From NCBI GenBank assembly GCA_034670305.1, contig JAXMNT010000002.1, positions 213,985 through 277,984 of the forward strand: DNA of 64,000 bases. The letters are read 5' to 3'. Below, one piece after another: positions 29,751 to 40,043 of this stretch; the first letter of the stretch is position 1, and each line of letters begins with the position of its first letter. The notes under the pieces were generated by a model, which did no database searches, was not told the DNA's origin, and saw only the letters and a list, made by a program, of their open reading frames with translations. The stretch is from Deltaproteobacteria bacterium. GTDB taxonomy: Bacteria; Myxococcota_A; Polyangia; Polyangiales; Houyiibacteriaceae. A program made the position numbers and the translations under genes.

Positions 29751-30683
29751 ATGGGAGAGAGACTCGCCGCGGTGTCGATCGACCTCGACGAGATCCCCTG
29801 TTACGCCGCCATTCATGGCATCGAACTCGACGACGCCTCGTCGCACGCCATCTACCGTCACGCCCTTGCCCGCTTCGAACGTCTGTTCGACGACCTCGAT
29901 CTGCGCGCGACCTTTTTCGCGATCGGTCAGGACATCGACGACGAGAACGCGCCGAAACTCCGGCGCCTCTCGGACGCCGGGCACGAGGTGGCCAACCACA
30001 GCCTCTCGCATCTGTACGACTTGAGCCGCCGGACCGAAGACGAAGTCCGCTACGAGATCCGGGCCGGCGCAGACCTCATCGAAACCGCCACTGGGATCCG
30101 GCCCGTCGGCTTCCGCGCCCCCGGCTACACGATCACCCGGACGGTGTTCGACGCGCTGGAGATCGAAGGGGTCGCGTACGACTCGAGCGTCTTCCCCTGC
30201 CCGGCGTACTACGGCGCGAAGGCCGCTGCGATCGGCGCCTACGCGGTCCGCGCGAAACTCGGCCGCGGACGCCCGAGCCACAGCGTGATCGACGACCCCC
30301 GGGTCTTGCGTGCGCCGGCAAACCCCTACCGCATCGGTCGCCCCTACTGGACGCGCGGCGCGGGTCTCTTGGAGCTCCCCATCGGCGTCACCCGCGGCGT
30401 CCGCCTGCCCTTCATCGGCACGAGCGTCGCCCTCGCCGGCGCCCGCGGCGCCGACTGGCTCGCGCGCGCCATGGTCGGCCGCCCCCTCGTCAGTCTGGAA
30501 CTGCACGGCATCGATCTCGCCGACGCGGATCGAGACGGGCTGCAGCAACTCCGCCCTCACCAACCGGACCTGCGCCGCACCGCCGAGTTCAAAGAAGCGA
30601 GCCTCCGCGCCGCCATCCTCCGGCTGCGCCGCGCCGGCTACACCTTCGCAACCTGCGCCCAAGCCGCCGACCACTTCGCGTAG
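29751..30683 (+). CDS. Polysaccharide deacetylase family protein
   Basis: [30 protein letters not shown]. Confidence 0.88.
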   Translation: MGERLAAVSIDLDEIPCYAAIHGIELDDASSHAIYRHALARFERLFDDLDLRATFFAIGQDIDDENAPKLRRLSDAGHEVANHSLSHLYDLSRRTEDEVRYEIRAGADLIETATGIRPVGFRAPGYTITRTVFDALEIEGVAYDSSVFPCPAYYGAKAAAIGAYAVRAKLGRGRPSHSVIDDPRVLRAPANPYRIGRPYWTRGAGLLELPIGVTRGVRLPFIGTSVALAGARGADWLARAMVGRPLVSLELHGIDLADADRDGLQQLRPHQPDLRRTAEFKEASLRAAILRLRRAGYTFATCAQAADHFA

Positions 30684-30711
30684 ACAGCCGTCGCGACAAC
30701 GAACTCGCCCC

Positions 30712-31022
30712 CGGCTTCGGCTTCGGCTTCGGCGTCGCCTTCGGCCTCGGTTTCGGCGTCGGCTTCGGCGTCGGATTCGGATTCGGATTCGGATTCGGAT
30801 TCGGCTTCGGATTCGGCGTCGGCTTCGGCTTCGGCGTCGGCTTCGGCTTCGGCTTCGGCTTCGGCTTCGGCCTCGGCGTCGGCCTCGGTTTCGGCGTCGG
30901 CTTCGGCGTCGGCGTCTGCGTCTGCGTCGGCTTCGGCGTCTTCGGCTTCGGCGTCGGCTTCGGCTTCGGCTTCGGCGTCGGCTTCGGCTTCGGCTTCCGA
31001 GTCGGAGTCGGAGTCGGCTTCG
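30712..31022 (+). repeat. (TCGGCN)n hexamer repeat
   Basis: About 310 bp of TCGGCT/TCGGCG/TCGGAT units between convergent genes. Confidence 0.9.
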
Positions 31023-31046
31023 GGCTGTCGCCGCTGGAACGGCCCC

Positions 31047-32564
31047 CTAGCCGACTTGCTCTTCCGCCTCCGCCCGCAGCCGGTCCCGAAACGTCGACCG
31101 AGGGATCCCCAGCGATCGCGCGGCCGCGCTCAGGTTGCCTTGGTGCCGGTCGAGCACCTGGTAGAGCTGCGCCGGCGCCTCCGGTCGCCACTTCGGTCCA
31201 AGGATGCGGTCAAATGCCTTGCGCACTTCCGCGCAGGTCACGGTCGGCCCGCTGGAGAGCGCCGCGGCCTGCATCACCACGTTGCGAAGCGAGCGCACGT
31301 TGCCCGGCCAGTGATGGCCATGCAGCAGCCGCATCGCGTCCTCGGAGAGTTCGCGCCGCCCCAGTTGCACACCCGCGAGCTCGAGAAAGTGCGCGACAAG
31401 CGGCTCGATGTCTTCCGGACGCTCCCGCAACGGAGGCACGACGATCACCAGCCGCAACAATCGAAACAACAGGTCGGTTCGGAACGTACCGAGGGCGGTC
31501 ATCGCCCGAAGATCCCGATGGGTCGCGCAAACGAGACGCACCTCGACAGGGCGTTCGGTCTCCGAGCCCACCCGGCGGACGCGCCAGGTCTCGAGCACCC
31601 GAAGCAGACGGGCCTGAAGCGCCAGCGGCAGTTCGCCGACCTCGTCCAGAAACAACGTGCCGCCGTGGGCCTGCTCGAACACACCGCGGTGTTGTTCGAC
31701 CGCACCACTGAACGCGCCGCGGTCGTGTCCGAAGAGCTCCGACTCGACGAGCGACGCCGTCAGCGCGCCCGCGTTGAGTGCCACGAACGGCTGGTTCCGG
31801 CGCGGGCCGCGGTCGTGCAGCGCACGCGCGATGCCTTCTTTGCCCGCGCCGGTTTCGCCCAGCACGAGCACTGGCCACTCGAGCGCGGCGTACCGTTCGA
31901 CCTCCGCCAGGGTGCCGAGCATCCGGGGACTCGCCGCCACGAACTGCGCGCGCCCGTCCCCGCGATCCCCGCGCGCCACCAGTCGCAGCGCGGTGCGACC
32001 GACATGAACCACCGCGCCAGCCCCGAGCTTCGCCTTCGAGATCCGGCGCGCTTCGACCCAGGTCCCGTTCCGACTCTCGAGATCCCGAACCACCGCGCCA
32101 CCGAGGGGACACGGCTCGATCACGCAATGCTGGCGGCTCACGGTCTTGTCGAGCAGCCGCAGGTCGCACTCTGGGTGGGAACCGACGGTGAGGGGCAGGT
32201 CGAGTGGATGCACCGTGGCGCCCGGTCCGTCCCCGACCAGCACCGAGAGCCGAGTCTCCAAATCGGGGACGGTCATCGGGTGCGTCGACCGATCGGGCGC
32301 TTTCGACGTCGTGCGCACCCGAACGAGTTCGTAGGCTCCGAACGAAACGCCCATGCCGATGCCGATCGGTCGGGCACCGGTGGCCACCCCTTCGAAGTAC
32401 ACGCCTCCGTCGCGGCGGAAGAAGCGGCCCGCCATGAGAGGCACGTCCGCGTCGTGCACCACCACATCGCAGTAGGCGCCTCGTCCAACGGCGACCGAAC
32501 CACGGATCGGGAACTCACGGAGCGGTTCGCCACGAAACCGAAGGAGAAGCGTGTCTTGGAACAT
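31047..32564 (-). CDS. FHA-domain sigma-54 enhancer-binding protein
   Basis: FHA (VSRQHC, SRNGT) with a second FHA-like N-terminal domain; [35 protein letters not shown]; Fis-type HTH. Confidence 0.92.
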   Translation of the reverse strand: MFQDTLLLRFRGEPLREFPIRGSVAVGRGAYCDVVVHDADVPLMAGRFFRRDGGVYFEGVATGARPIGIGMGVSFGAYELVRVRTTSKAPDRSTHPMTVPDLETRLSVLVGDGPGATVHPLDLPLTVGSHPECDLRLLDKTVSRQHCVIEPCPLGGAVVRDLESRNGTWVEARRISKAKLGAGAVVHVGRTALRLVARGDRGDGRAQFVAASPRMLGTLAEVERYAALEWPVLVLGETGAGKEGIARALHDRGPRRNQPFVALNAGALTASLVESELFGHDRGAFSGAVEQHRGVFEQAHGGTLFLDEVGELPLALQARLLRVLETWRVRRVGSETERPVEVRLVCATHRDLRAMTALGTFRTDLLFRLLRLVIVVPPLRERPEDIEPLVAHFLELAGVQLGRRELSEDAMRLLHGHHWPGNVRSLRNVVMQAAALSSGPTVTCAEVRKAFDRILGPKWRPEAPAQLYQVLDRHQGNLSAAARSLGIPRSTFRDRLRAEAEEQVG

Positions 32565-32683
32565 GGCGCTTCCTCGACCGCCCACCCCCCTGGTTGCCCC
32601 TCCTCGACCTCTGGGCCGCCAGTCTCGCGAAGCGAGCCAGGCCCGTAGCGGCAAGCAATAACGTGTACTAGGGTGCGCCGCCC

Positions 32684-34060
32684 ATGCATGTTTCTTTTGT
32701 TACCGCGGAGGTCGCTCCGTACAGCGGCTCCAGTCCCTCGGCCGAAGTTGCCGGCGCGCTCCCCAAGGGGCTGCGTGCCCACGACACCTCGGTCACCGTG
32801 ATCTCGCCGCTCTACCGCAGCATCGATCCAGCGCAGCACGCGCTCGCCCGGCGACTCAGCAAGGTCGAGGTCGAAGTCGGCGGGGAGACGCTGGCGTTCG
32901 AGATGTACACCGGCCGAAACGTCAGCGGAGTGCAGCTCATCTTTCTCGGCCACGAAGACGTGTTCGCCGAGGTCGACTCGTTCTTCGAAGGAGCGCCGGA
33001 AGCCGTCGCCCGACGACTCGCCGCATTCGCCCGCGCCGCCGCCAAGACCATCGCGGACCACGACGAGCCGTTCGACGTCGTGCACGCGCAGGGTTCGCTC
33101 GGCGCCGCGGTCGTCCCGCTCGTGTCCGTGCCCACGGTGCTCTCGGTGCACGGCACCGACGCACCGACGTTCGCGCCCGGCCTCGCTTCGATCCTTGGCG
33201 ACAGCGCCATCCAGGTCGGCGGGTTGTGCTCACCGCTGCACGCGGGCATCGCCGCGGCTTCTCGGGTGACGAGTGCGTCCCGTTCCCACGCGGACGAGCT
33301 GATGAAACGCCACGACATCTCCGAAGAGCGCATGACCGCCATTCCGCGCGGCATCGATGCGTCGGTCTGGAACCCGCTCACGGACGCCCACCTTCCCTCG
33401 CGCTTCGACCCCGTCGATCTCTCGGGCAAGGCGAAGTGCAAGTCCGACCTCCAACGCGACCTGGATCTGCCAGTTCGCGACGACCTCCCGCTCATCGGCG
33501 TGGATGCGGTCGACGACACCAGCGGTCCCGCACTCTTCACCAAGGTCGCGTCCCAGCTCCTGCGCAACGACGTGCAGGTGGTCGTGGTCTTCGGAGCCGA
33601 CGCCGACGGCGCGTTGGTCGCAACGTTCGAAGAACTCTGGGACCGATGGCCCGACCGGATCGCGGTCCGGACCGGTGCGAGCGATGAACTTCGCCACCAA
33701 CTCTACGGCGGCGCGGACTTGATGATCGTGGCACCGGAGCATGCCCCGGCCGGTGGCGGCGACAAACGCGCGCACCGCTACGGCGCACTGCCCATCGTGC
33801 ACCGCACCGGCGCGCTGGCCGACACCGTCGTGGACTGCGACGCCAAGCTCGAGACCGGCACTGGGTTCGCCTTCGACGGGCACGACGCCGACGCACTCCT
33901 CGGCACCGTGCAGCGGGCCATCGCGGGCTACGGCCTGGACGGCTTCGCCGACCTCCGCGCGCGGGTGATGCGCATCGATCACAGCTGGGAACGCAGCGCG
34001 CGCATGCTTGCGACGCTCTACGTCGATTTGATCACGCCGCCTCAGATCGACGCGGCCTAG
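32684..34060 (+). CDS. Glycogen synthase-like (GT5) protein with degenerate active site
   Basis: EVAPY..ALP, WNP.TD, GK..CK..LQ, RYGALPIV..TG.L.DTV, TGF.F, SW..SA..Y; KxGG and EPCGL motifs absent. Confidence 0.8.
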   Translation: MHVSFVTAEVAPYSGSSPSAEVAGALPKGLRAHDTSVTVISPLYRSIDPAQHALARRLSKVEVEVGGETLAFEMYTGRNVSGVQLIFLGHEDVFAEVDSFFEGAPEAVARRLAAFARAAAKTIADHDEPFDVVHAQGSLGAAVVPLVSVPTVLSVHGTDAPTFAPGLASILGDSAIQVGGLCSPLHAGIAAASRVTSASRSHADELMKRHDISEERMTAIPRGIDASVWNPLTDAHLPSRFDPVDLSGKAKCKSDLQRDLDLPVRDDLPLIGVDAVDDTSGPALFTKVASQLLRNDVQVVVVFGADADGALVATFEELWDRWPDRIAVRTGASDELRHQLYGGADLMIVAPEHAPAGGGDKRAHRYGALPIVHRTGALADTVVDCDAKLETGTGFAFDGHDADALLGTVQRAIAGYGLDGFADLRARVMRIDHSWERSARMLATLYVDLITPPQIDAA

Positions 34061-34063
34061 AGC

Positions 34064-34762
34064 CTAGGCGCTCGGAAGTTTGGCGTTGCTCGAGCGCACG
34101 TACATCGGTTCGAGCGCGGCCAGCTGTTCGGCGTCGTAGGCCCCTCCGCGGCGCCACCGGACCGCGGCCTCGCGGGCGACCTCGAGTCCACTCGGCAGGT
34201 CCGCGACGAGGTCGCCGTTGGGCGCCGGGCCACGCTCCGACCCAAGCCCGTCCCGTGCCACGATCACCACCCGGGCCGCGCGGCCATCCAGACAGACCGC
34301 TCGGGCGCCGAGCCGCACCGGGCCCACCAATGCGGCGCCAGCGTCGTCCGCTTGGACAAGGGCTCCGTAGAACTCGCCCCGGCCGGCGTCGAGCAGGACG
34401 TTTCGGTCGGTGCGGTCCGCGTCCGTCCAGGTCGCCCGGGCCACCGCGACGAGAGAACAGACCCCGACGATCGAAACGCCCGAGTTCAGATGAAGCGCCT
34501 TGGCGGTGGCGAGTCCCACGCGGGTGCCGGTGAACACCCCCGGTCCGAGGCCGACGCCGATGCCGTCGAGGTCTGCGAGTCCGAGCCCGGCTTCGGCGAG
34601 GGCGGCGTCCAGACAGTCGAACAGACACTCGTCGGGCTTGCCCGATCCGAGCTGCCGGCTGAGGCAGCGCTGACCTTCTGCGATCGCGAGCGAGACCCGC
34701 ATCGCGGAGGTGTCGAAGCCGAGGATCCGAGGTTCCAGGCGGGGGGCGGGGGACTTGACCAT
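34064..34762 (-). CDS. tsaB: tRNA t6A biosynthesis protein TsaB
   Basis: ILGFDTS, GVGLGPG.FTG.RVG...AK, DA.RGE.Y, LEP.YVR. Confidence 0.88.
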   Translation of the reverse strand: MVKSPAPRLEPRILGFDTSAMRVSLAIAEGQRCLSRQLGSGKPDECLFDCLDAALAEAGLGLADLDGIGVGLGPGVFTGTRVGLATAKALHLNSGVSIVGVCSLVAVARATWTDADRTDRNVLLDAGRGEFYGALVQADDAGAALVGPVRLGARAVCLDGRAARVVIVARDGLGSERGPAPNGDLVADLPSGLEVAREAAVRWRRGGAYDAEQLAALEPMYVRSSNAKLPSA

Positions 34763-34824
34763 ACTCGGAGCGGAAGCTATCGCCGCGTGGGGTGTTGCGC
34801 TACCGCTGTGGCCCCGCCGACCCG

Positions 34825-35538
34825 ATGCTTCACCTCCTCCAGCCGACGGATCCGACCTGGGTCGATGCCGCCGCTGCGGACCTCGGAGCGCTCCTCTCGG
34901 ACCACGCCCACTGCGAGCTCAAGGCGGCCCAGAGCGCGCTCGCCATCGTGGGGCGTTTCGCGGACGATGCGCCCGAGATGGTGGAGCCCCTGTGCGACCT
35001 GGCGCGCGAAGAGACCGAACACTTCCGACAGGTCTACGGACACCTTCGCGCCCGTGCCACGACCAGCACTGCGATTCCCGAACCCAGCACTGCGACTCCC
35101 GAAGCCAGCACTGCGGTTCTCACAGCCAGCACTGCGACCCCCGAAGCCAGCACCGCAGGCAACGGCGAGACCCCCGCGTCCGAAGTCGTCGCGGGGCTGG
35201 GCAAGCCCGAGCCGGACGCCTACGTCAACGCGTTGCGCAAAGCGGCCCGCGCCGACGGACCCGCCGCACCGATCCTCCTCGACCGTTTGATCGTGAGCGC
35301 ACTCATCGAAGCCCGATCCTGCGAGCGGTTCAAGTTGCTCGCGGACCACTTGCCGAACCCAGAGCTGCAGACCTTCTACCGGGGTTTGATGGAATCCGAG
35401 GCGCGGCACTTCTCGCTCTTCCGCGGCCTGGCAGAGCATCGGTTCGGCGCCGACGCTCGCCGCAGGCTGGAGAAGCTCGCGGAGCGTGAAGCGGCGATCG
35501 CAGAACAGCTGCCGCTCGGCCCGACGGTGCACGGATGA
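34825..35538 (+). CDS. miaE: MiaE-like tRNA hydroxylase (di-iron) with in-frame repeat insertion
   Basis: DHAHCELKAA, EETEHF, LIEARSCERF, SEARH. Confidence 0.88.
   Translation: MLHLLQPTDPTWVDAAAADLGALLSDHAHCELKAAQSALAIVGRFADDAPEMVEPLCDLAREETEHFRQVYGHLRARATTSTAIPEPSTATPEASTAVLTASTATPEASTAGNGETPASEVVAGLGKPEPDAYVNALRKAARADGPAAPILLDRLIVSALIEARSCERFKLLADHLPNPELQTFYRGLMESEARHFSLFRGLAEHRFGADARRRLEKLAEREAAIAEQLPLGPTVHG
35063..35157 (-). repeat. Degenerate 21-bp repeat inside miaE, same family as 22338-22438
   Basis: CCAGCAC(T/C)GC at 35063, 35084, 35105, 35126, 35147 (period 21); reverse complement of GCAGTGCTGG. Confidence 0.85.
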
Positions 35539-36275
35539 GCGATTCCGATCCCATCGCCAAGACGCGACCGCCGGTCGAAGAAGAGTCGAGCTGGGAACGC
35601 ATCAAGGCGAACGTTCGGACCATCGGTGGGGCTGTGCTGCTGGCGGTGTTCATCCGCATCGTGCTCTTCGAAGCGTTCGAGATCGATGGGCCCTCCATGG
35701 AGCCCACGCTCCAGCACGGCGACCGCGTCGTCGTGGCCAAGATGCTCTACGGCCTGTTCCTGCCGAAGATGCACGAAGCGGTGCTCTCGTGGGGCGAGCC
35801 GCACGTCGGAGACGTCGTCATCGTCAACAGCCCCGCGGACGATGTGGACATCGTGAAACGAGTCATCGGTGTACCGGGCGACACCATCGAACTGCGCGAT
35901 GGGTTGATCATCCGCAACGGCGAGCCCCTCGAGCGCACCGAGGTGGCCGAGTGCGAACTCGACATGCAGCTGAACGAGTCGGCCGGCTGCTGGGTCTACG
36001 AAGAGACCGTGGGCGACGTGACGTACCGCATCAGCCAGTTGCGTGGACACGAAGACATGGACACGCCCGTGCGCCGCGTCCCCGAAGGCCACATCTACAT
36101 CCGCGGCGACCACCGCGACCGGTCGAACGACAGCACCAACCCCCTCATCGGCTTCGTGCCGATCAGCCGGGTCAAAGGCAAAGCGCTCTTCATCTACCTC
36201 AGCTGCGACGAGGAAGAAGAGGGTTGGCTCTGCCCGTCCCCCCGCTGGGACCGTTTCTTCGAAGCCGTCGACTGA
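35535..36275 (+). CDS. lepB: Signal peptidase I
   Basis: SMEPTL..GD, VKRVIGVPGD, GD.RD.S.DS. Confidence 0.93.
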   Translation: MSDSDPIAKTRPPVEEESSWERIKANVRTIGGAVLLAVFIRIVLFEAFEIDGPSMEPTLQHGDRVVVAKMLYGLFLPKMHEAVLSWGEPHVGDVVIVNSPADDVDIVKRVIGVPGDTIELRDGLIIRNGEPLERTEVAECELDMQLNESAGCWVYEETVGDVTYRISQLRGHEDMDTPVRRVPEGHIYIRGDHRDRSNDSTNPLIGFVPISRVKGKALFIYLSCDEEEEGWLCPSPRWDRFFEAVD

Positions 36276-36300
36276 CTGGCCGCGGCTTCTGCTTTCCGTC

Positions 36301-36355
36301 GGGCACGGGCGCGGGCAGGGCAAGGGCACGGGCAAGGGCACGGGCAAGGGCACGG
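36301..36355 (+). repeat. (GGGCAC/GGGCAA)n hexamer repeat
   Basis: Stand-alone copy of the tail module of the composite repeat. Confidence 0.75.
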
Positions 36356-36407
36356 AGGCGAACGCCCTCGGGGGGCGTGCGCTCCGTGGGCAGGGTATAG
36401 ACAAGGC

Positions 36408-37934
36408 GTGTCGAAACTCGATCCGCGGGACGAAGTGCGTGAGCGCATGGCCGATGAGATCGGGACCATCGTCAAAGACGCGCCCGAGTCCATCTGCATG
36501 CTCTACCCGAGCCCGTACCGGGTGGGCATGAGTTCGCTCGGCATGCAGACCCTCTACCGCACCATCAACAACATGCCGTCGCGGGCCGCACACCGGGCGT
36601 TCTTGCCCGACGACGTGGACGCGTTCCGCGAGAGCCGCATCCCGCTCTTCACCTACGAAGGCCAGCGACCCGTCGCGGACTATCCGATCGTCGGGCTCAG
36701 CGTCGCGTACGAGCTCGAGATCGCGGGGCTGATCCAGGCGCTCGAACTCGCCGGGATCCCGCCGCTTCGAGAAGACCGAGACGCGGGTCACCCATTCATT
36801 CTCGCGGGCGGTCCGTTGACCTTCAGCAACCCCCTCCCCCTCGGCCCCTACGTGGACGCGGTGCTCATGGGAGAAGCCGACGAGACGATGCCGCAGGCGA
36901 TCGACATCCTCTTCGAGGTGCGTTCGGTCGATGCCGCTCGATCCGCGATCGCGCGCGAGATCCCGAGCGCCTACGTGCCGAGTCTGCATGGCGACACGAT
37001 GCCGCCGATCGCGGCGTGCGCGGACGAACTCTTGCCCGCCTACTCGCAGATCATGACCCCGCACACCGAGTTGCGGGACATGTTCCTCATCGAGCCAGAA
37101 CGTGGGTGTCACCGCGGCTGCACGTACTGCGTGATGCGACGTTCGACGAACGGTGGCATGCGGCTCGTCGAGCCCGAGCGCATCCTCTCGCTGATTCCGG
37201 ACGAGGCCAAACGCGTGGGCCTCGTCGGCGCTGCGACCACCGACCATCCGCGCATCGCGGAGATCGTGGAGTCCATCGTTGACACCGGCCGCGAGGTCGG
37301 CCTCTCGTCTTTGCGCGCCGGCCGGCTCGACGACCGGTTCATGGCGGCGCTCAAACGCGGCGGCCACCGGGTGCTCACCACGGCCGCAGATGGCGCCTCG
37401 CAGCGGCTGCGCGACAAGATCCAGCGCAAGGCCCGCACCGAGGTGCTGGTCCGCGCGGCGGAGCTGTCGCGCAAACACGGCATGAAGCGCATGAAGCTCT
37501 ACATGATGGTCGGGCTTCCCACCGAGACCGACGACGACATCGACGAGCTGATCGATCTCTCGACCAGCCTCTCCAAGATCATCCCGCTCTCGCTTGGCAT
37601 CTCCCCGTTCTGCGCGAAACGAAACACCCCGATGGACGGCACCGAGTTCGCAGGCATCCGCGTGGTGGAGAACCGCCTCGCGCGACTCCGGAAGGGCGTG
37701 CGGGGACGGGTCGACCTCCGCGCGACCAGCGCGCGCTGGACCTGGATCGAATACGTGCTGGCTCAGGGCGGACAGGCGGAAGGCCGAGCGGTGATGGACG
37801 CGGTCCACGCGGGCGGCCGGTTCCGCGATTGGAAGAACGCGTTCGACGCCCTGCCTGAGGATCGACCGAAGCGCACCCTGGTCATTCCTGGCAACCGCCT
37901 CTCCAAACGGCAGCTCCCGGTCACCTCGGCCTGA
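36408..37934 (+). CDS. Radical SAM protein with B12-binding-like N-terminus
   Basis: YPSPY.VGMSSLG, NP.PL..VD, RGCHRGCTYC, KLYMMVGLP.ET. Confidence 0.88.
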   Translation: MSKLDPRDEVRERMADEIGTIVKDAPESICMLYPSPYRVGMSSLGMQTLYRTINNMPSRAAHRAFLPDDVDAFRESRIPLFTYEGQRPVADYPIVGLSVAYELEIAGLIQALELAGIPPLREDRDAGHPFILAGGPLTFSNPLPLGPYVDAVLMGEADETMPQAIDILFEVRSVDAARSAIAREIPSAYVPSLHGDTMPPIAACADELLPAYSQIMTPHTELRDMFLIEPERGCHRGCTYCVMRRSTNGGMRLVEPERILSLIPDEAKRVGLVGAATTDHPRIAEIVESIVDTGREVGLSSLRAGRLDDRFMAALKRGGHRVLTTAADGASQRLRDKIQRKARTEVLVRAAELSRKHGMKRMKLYMMVGLPTETDDDIDELIDLSTSLSKIIPLSLGISPFCAKRNTPMDGTEFAGIRVVENRLARLRKGVRGRVDLRATSARWTWIEYVLAQGGQAEGRAVMDAVHAGGRFRDWKNAFDALPEDRPKRTLVIPGNRLSKRQLPVTSA

Positions 37935-37959
37935 CGCTCGGCCTGACGCTCCGCCCGGC

Positions 37960-38832
37960 TCAGCCGGTCGCTTCGGGGTGCACCACGACGTCGACGACGC
38001 CGGGGAACTCGCTGCGAATCGCTTCGCTCGCGCGGCGCACCACGACGCCCACGTCGAGCAGACTCAGGTGCGCCGGCAGCTTCAACCGCAGGTCCATGAA
38101 GATGGCGCCGGGCGTGCCGCGCGTGCGGACCCGCTCCACGCCGACGACCGGCGGGATGGAGAACACCACGCGCTCCACGTCCCGCTCTGCGACCAGCGCC
38201 ACGTCGGTGAGGTAGCCGGCATTCTCGCGGATCACGTCGACTCCGGCCTTGCCGATGAAGACCGCAACCACCACCGCGGCCGCCAGGTCGAGGCCGGGCT
38301 GCCCAAGATGCGTCAGCGCCGTGGCCGCGAGCACCCCGAGGGTGACGTAGCAGTCGGAGCGCGTGTGTTTCGCATCCGTGGCGAGCAGGTGGCTGCCGAG
38401 TTCTTGGGCGCGACGCGCCTGGTAGCTCGAGATCCCGAAGTTGATGGCGAGGGTGATGAGCAGGACCACGATCGCCGCCGGTCCGACATCAGGCAGCGAC
38501 GCCCTTCCCTCCTCGAGCCGCACGACCGCCTCGCCCACGACCTGCGCGGCGACGAGCAGGAGCGAGACACCGATGCAGAGCGCCGCGACGACTTCGTACT
38601 TGCGGTGCCCGTAGGGATGGGTCGTGCTCGGCGGACGGCGCGCGATCGCGAGCCCGACGATCGCCACGAACGAACCGAGTCCATCGGTCAGGCTGTGGTA
38701 GCCGTCCGCTTCGATGGCGAGCAATCCGCCGGAGCGGCCGTAGAGAATCTTCGCCGCGGCCACCACCAGGTTCAGACCGAGCGCGATCCACAGCACCCGG
38801 CGCACCCCATCGTCTCGTTGTTCCGATCCCAT
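37960..38832 (-). CDS. Cation diffusion facilitator (FieF-like)
   Basis: ADG.HSLTD, HPYGH.K.E, DAKHTRSD, VVVHPE. Confidence 0.92.
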   Translation of the reverse strand: MGSEQRDDGVRRVLWIALGLNLVVAAAKILYGRSGGLLAIEADGYHSLTDGLGSFVAIVGLAIARRPPSTTHPYGHRKYEVVAALCIGVSLLLVAAQVVGEAVVRLEEGRASLPDVGPAAIVVLLITLAINFGISSYQARRAQELGSHLLATDAKHTRSDCYVTLGVLAATALTHLGQPGLDLAAAVVVAVFIGKAGVDVIRENAGYLTDVALVAERDVERVVFSIPPVVGVERVRTRGTPGAIFMDLRLKLPAHLSLLDVGVVVRRASEAIRSEFPGVVDVVVHPEATG

Positions 38833-40043
38833 CACACCACCCCCATGCTTCGCGACTGCGTCGCCACCGGCGCGCTCGTCGAGAGCACCGAACCCTTGGA
38901 AGACAACTTCGAGGTCGCGGAAAACGCGCTTGCCAGCACCGGCAGGCGGCGACGCGAGACCGTCGGGACGGCGGTGCGAAGACGCTGGAGTCTCTGGCCG
39001 AGCACCACCAACGAGACCGCCGGCGCCAGCACCCACATCACCTCGGACGCTCCCGGCACAAGCCGCAACGTGGGCGCACCCGCGAAGAGGTAGAACACGT
39101 TGAACGCAACGAACGACGCCAGCGCGAGCATCGTGGCGCGCACTCGGGTGAACGGCGCAGTGCCCACGATTCTCCACCCAGACTCGACCGCCAAGAAACA
39201 CAGAAACGACACGCCGCCGCAGACGACGAGCGTTGCAGCGGCGGCGAACACGGCAGGCACCGAGGGTGCGAAGAAGAACCCGGCGCCAAACCAGGTCTCG
39301 TAGGTCGCCGGTTGCGCGGTCCACGCTCCGTCGAAGTACGCCGACCAGCTGCCCCCGCGAAGCAAGTAGTAGAGGTAGAACCCGAAGACGACGCCCGGGA
39401 ACGCATAGACCACCGCTCGGCGACTCGAGTCGGTCCGGGTCTTCTTCGATGCCCGGGGCTGATCGATGTCGGGGCAACTGGAGGCGCAACCGGTACACCG
39501 CCCGCACTGCGAGTTGTCGTCCGACGCGGCTGGACGAACCGGCGCGCCGCCGTCCGTGTAGATGCGTTCGACCACGCCGACCGGGCACACGTAGTGGCAG
39601 AACGCGCGCCCGCCGAACCGGCGGTTGACCACGTAGGCAGCGAGCGGCAACGCGCACAGGAAGGCGCCCAGCGCGAGCCCGTCCCCGTTGGTGGCGACAA
39701 GGCGACCCGTCAGCACGATCAGCAGAACGACCATCGGGACCCAGAACATCCGGAGGCGCCATGCTGGACTCACGCGGGCAGACCTCGGGGCCGCGGATGC
39801 CCCGAGGGCGCCGGCGGCACCGATTGGACAGACCCGTCGCCACGCATGGAACCCGAACCAGACGAAGCCGATCGGCACCAGCGGGACCACGAGGGTCCAG
39901 AACGCCCGCGGCGCGAGCTGCACGCCGGAAAGACACAGGACGACCAGCGCCGCGAACCCGGCGGCGAGCACACCCCTGGTGCGTCGAACCGCCACGGAAT
40001 CGGCGCTCGCGTTCCCGCGCGCGGCGGCATGTTGTTGTCTCAT
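38832..40043 (-). CDS. 4Fe-4S-binding polytopic membrane protein (NapH/NosR/RdxA-like)
   Basis: RVCP, FCHYVCPVG, CGRCTGCASSCP; many TM helices; stop overlaps CDF start; start uncertain. Confidence 0.75.
   Translation of the reverse strand: MRQQHAAARGNASADSVAVRRTRGVLAAGFAALVVLCLSGVQLAPRAFWTLVVPLVPIGFVWFGFHAWRRVCPIGAAGALGASAAPRSARVSPAWRLRMFWVPMVVLLIVLTGRLVATNGDGLALGAFLCALPLAAYVVNRRFGGRAFCHYVCPVGVVERIYTDGGAPVRPAASDDNSQCGRCTGCASSCPDIDQPRASKKTRTDSSRRAVVYAFPGVVFGFYLYYLLRGGSWSAYFDGAWTAQPATYETWFGAGFFFAPSVPAVFAAAATLVVCGGVSFLCFLAVESGWRIVGTAPFTRVRATMLALASFVAFNVFYLFAGAPTLRLVPGASEVMWVLAPAVSLVVLGQRLQRLRTAVPTVSRRRLPVLASAFSATSKLSSKGSVLSTSAPVATQSRSMGVV

Noticed and set aside
36408-37934. Radical SAM gene as the HxsB/HxsC maturase of the HGS peptide
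   Set aside because: It has a B12-binding-like N-terminus, no recognisable SPASM Cys cluster, and sits over 10 kb away among housekeeping genes
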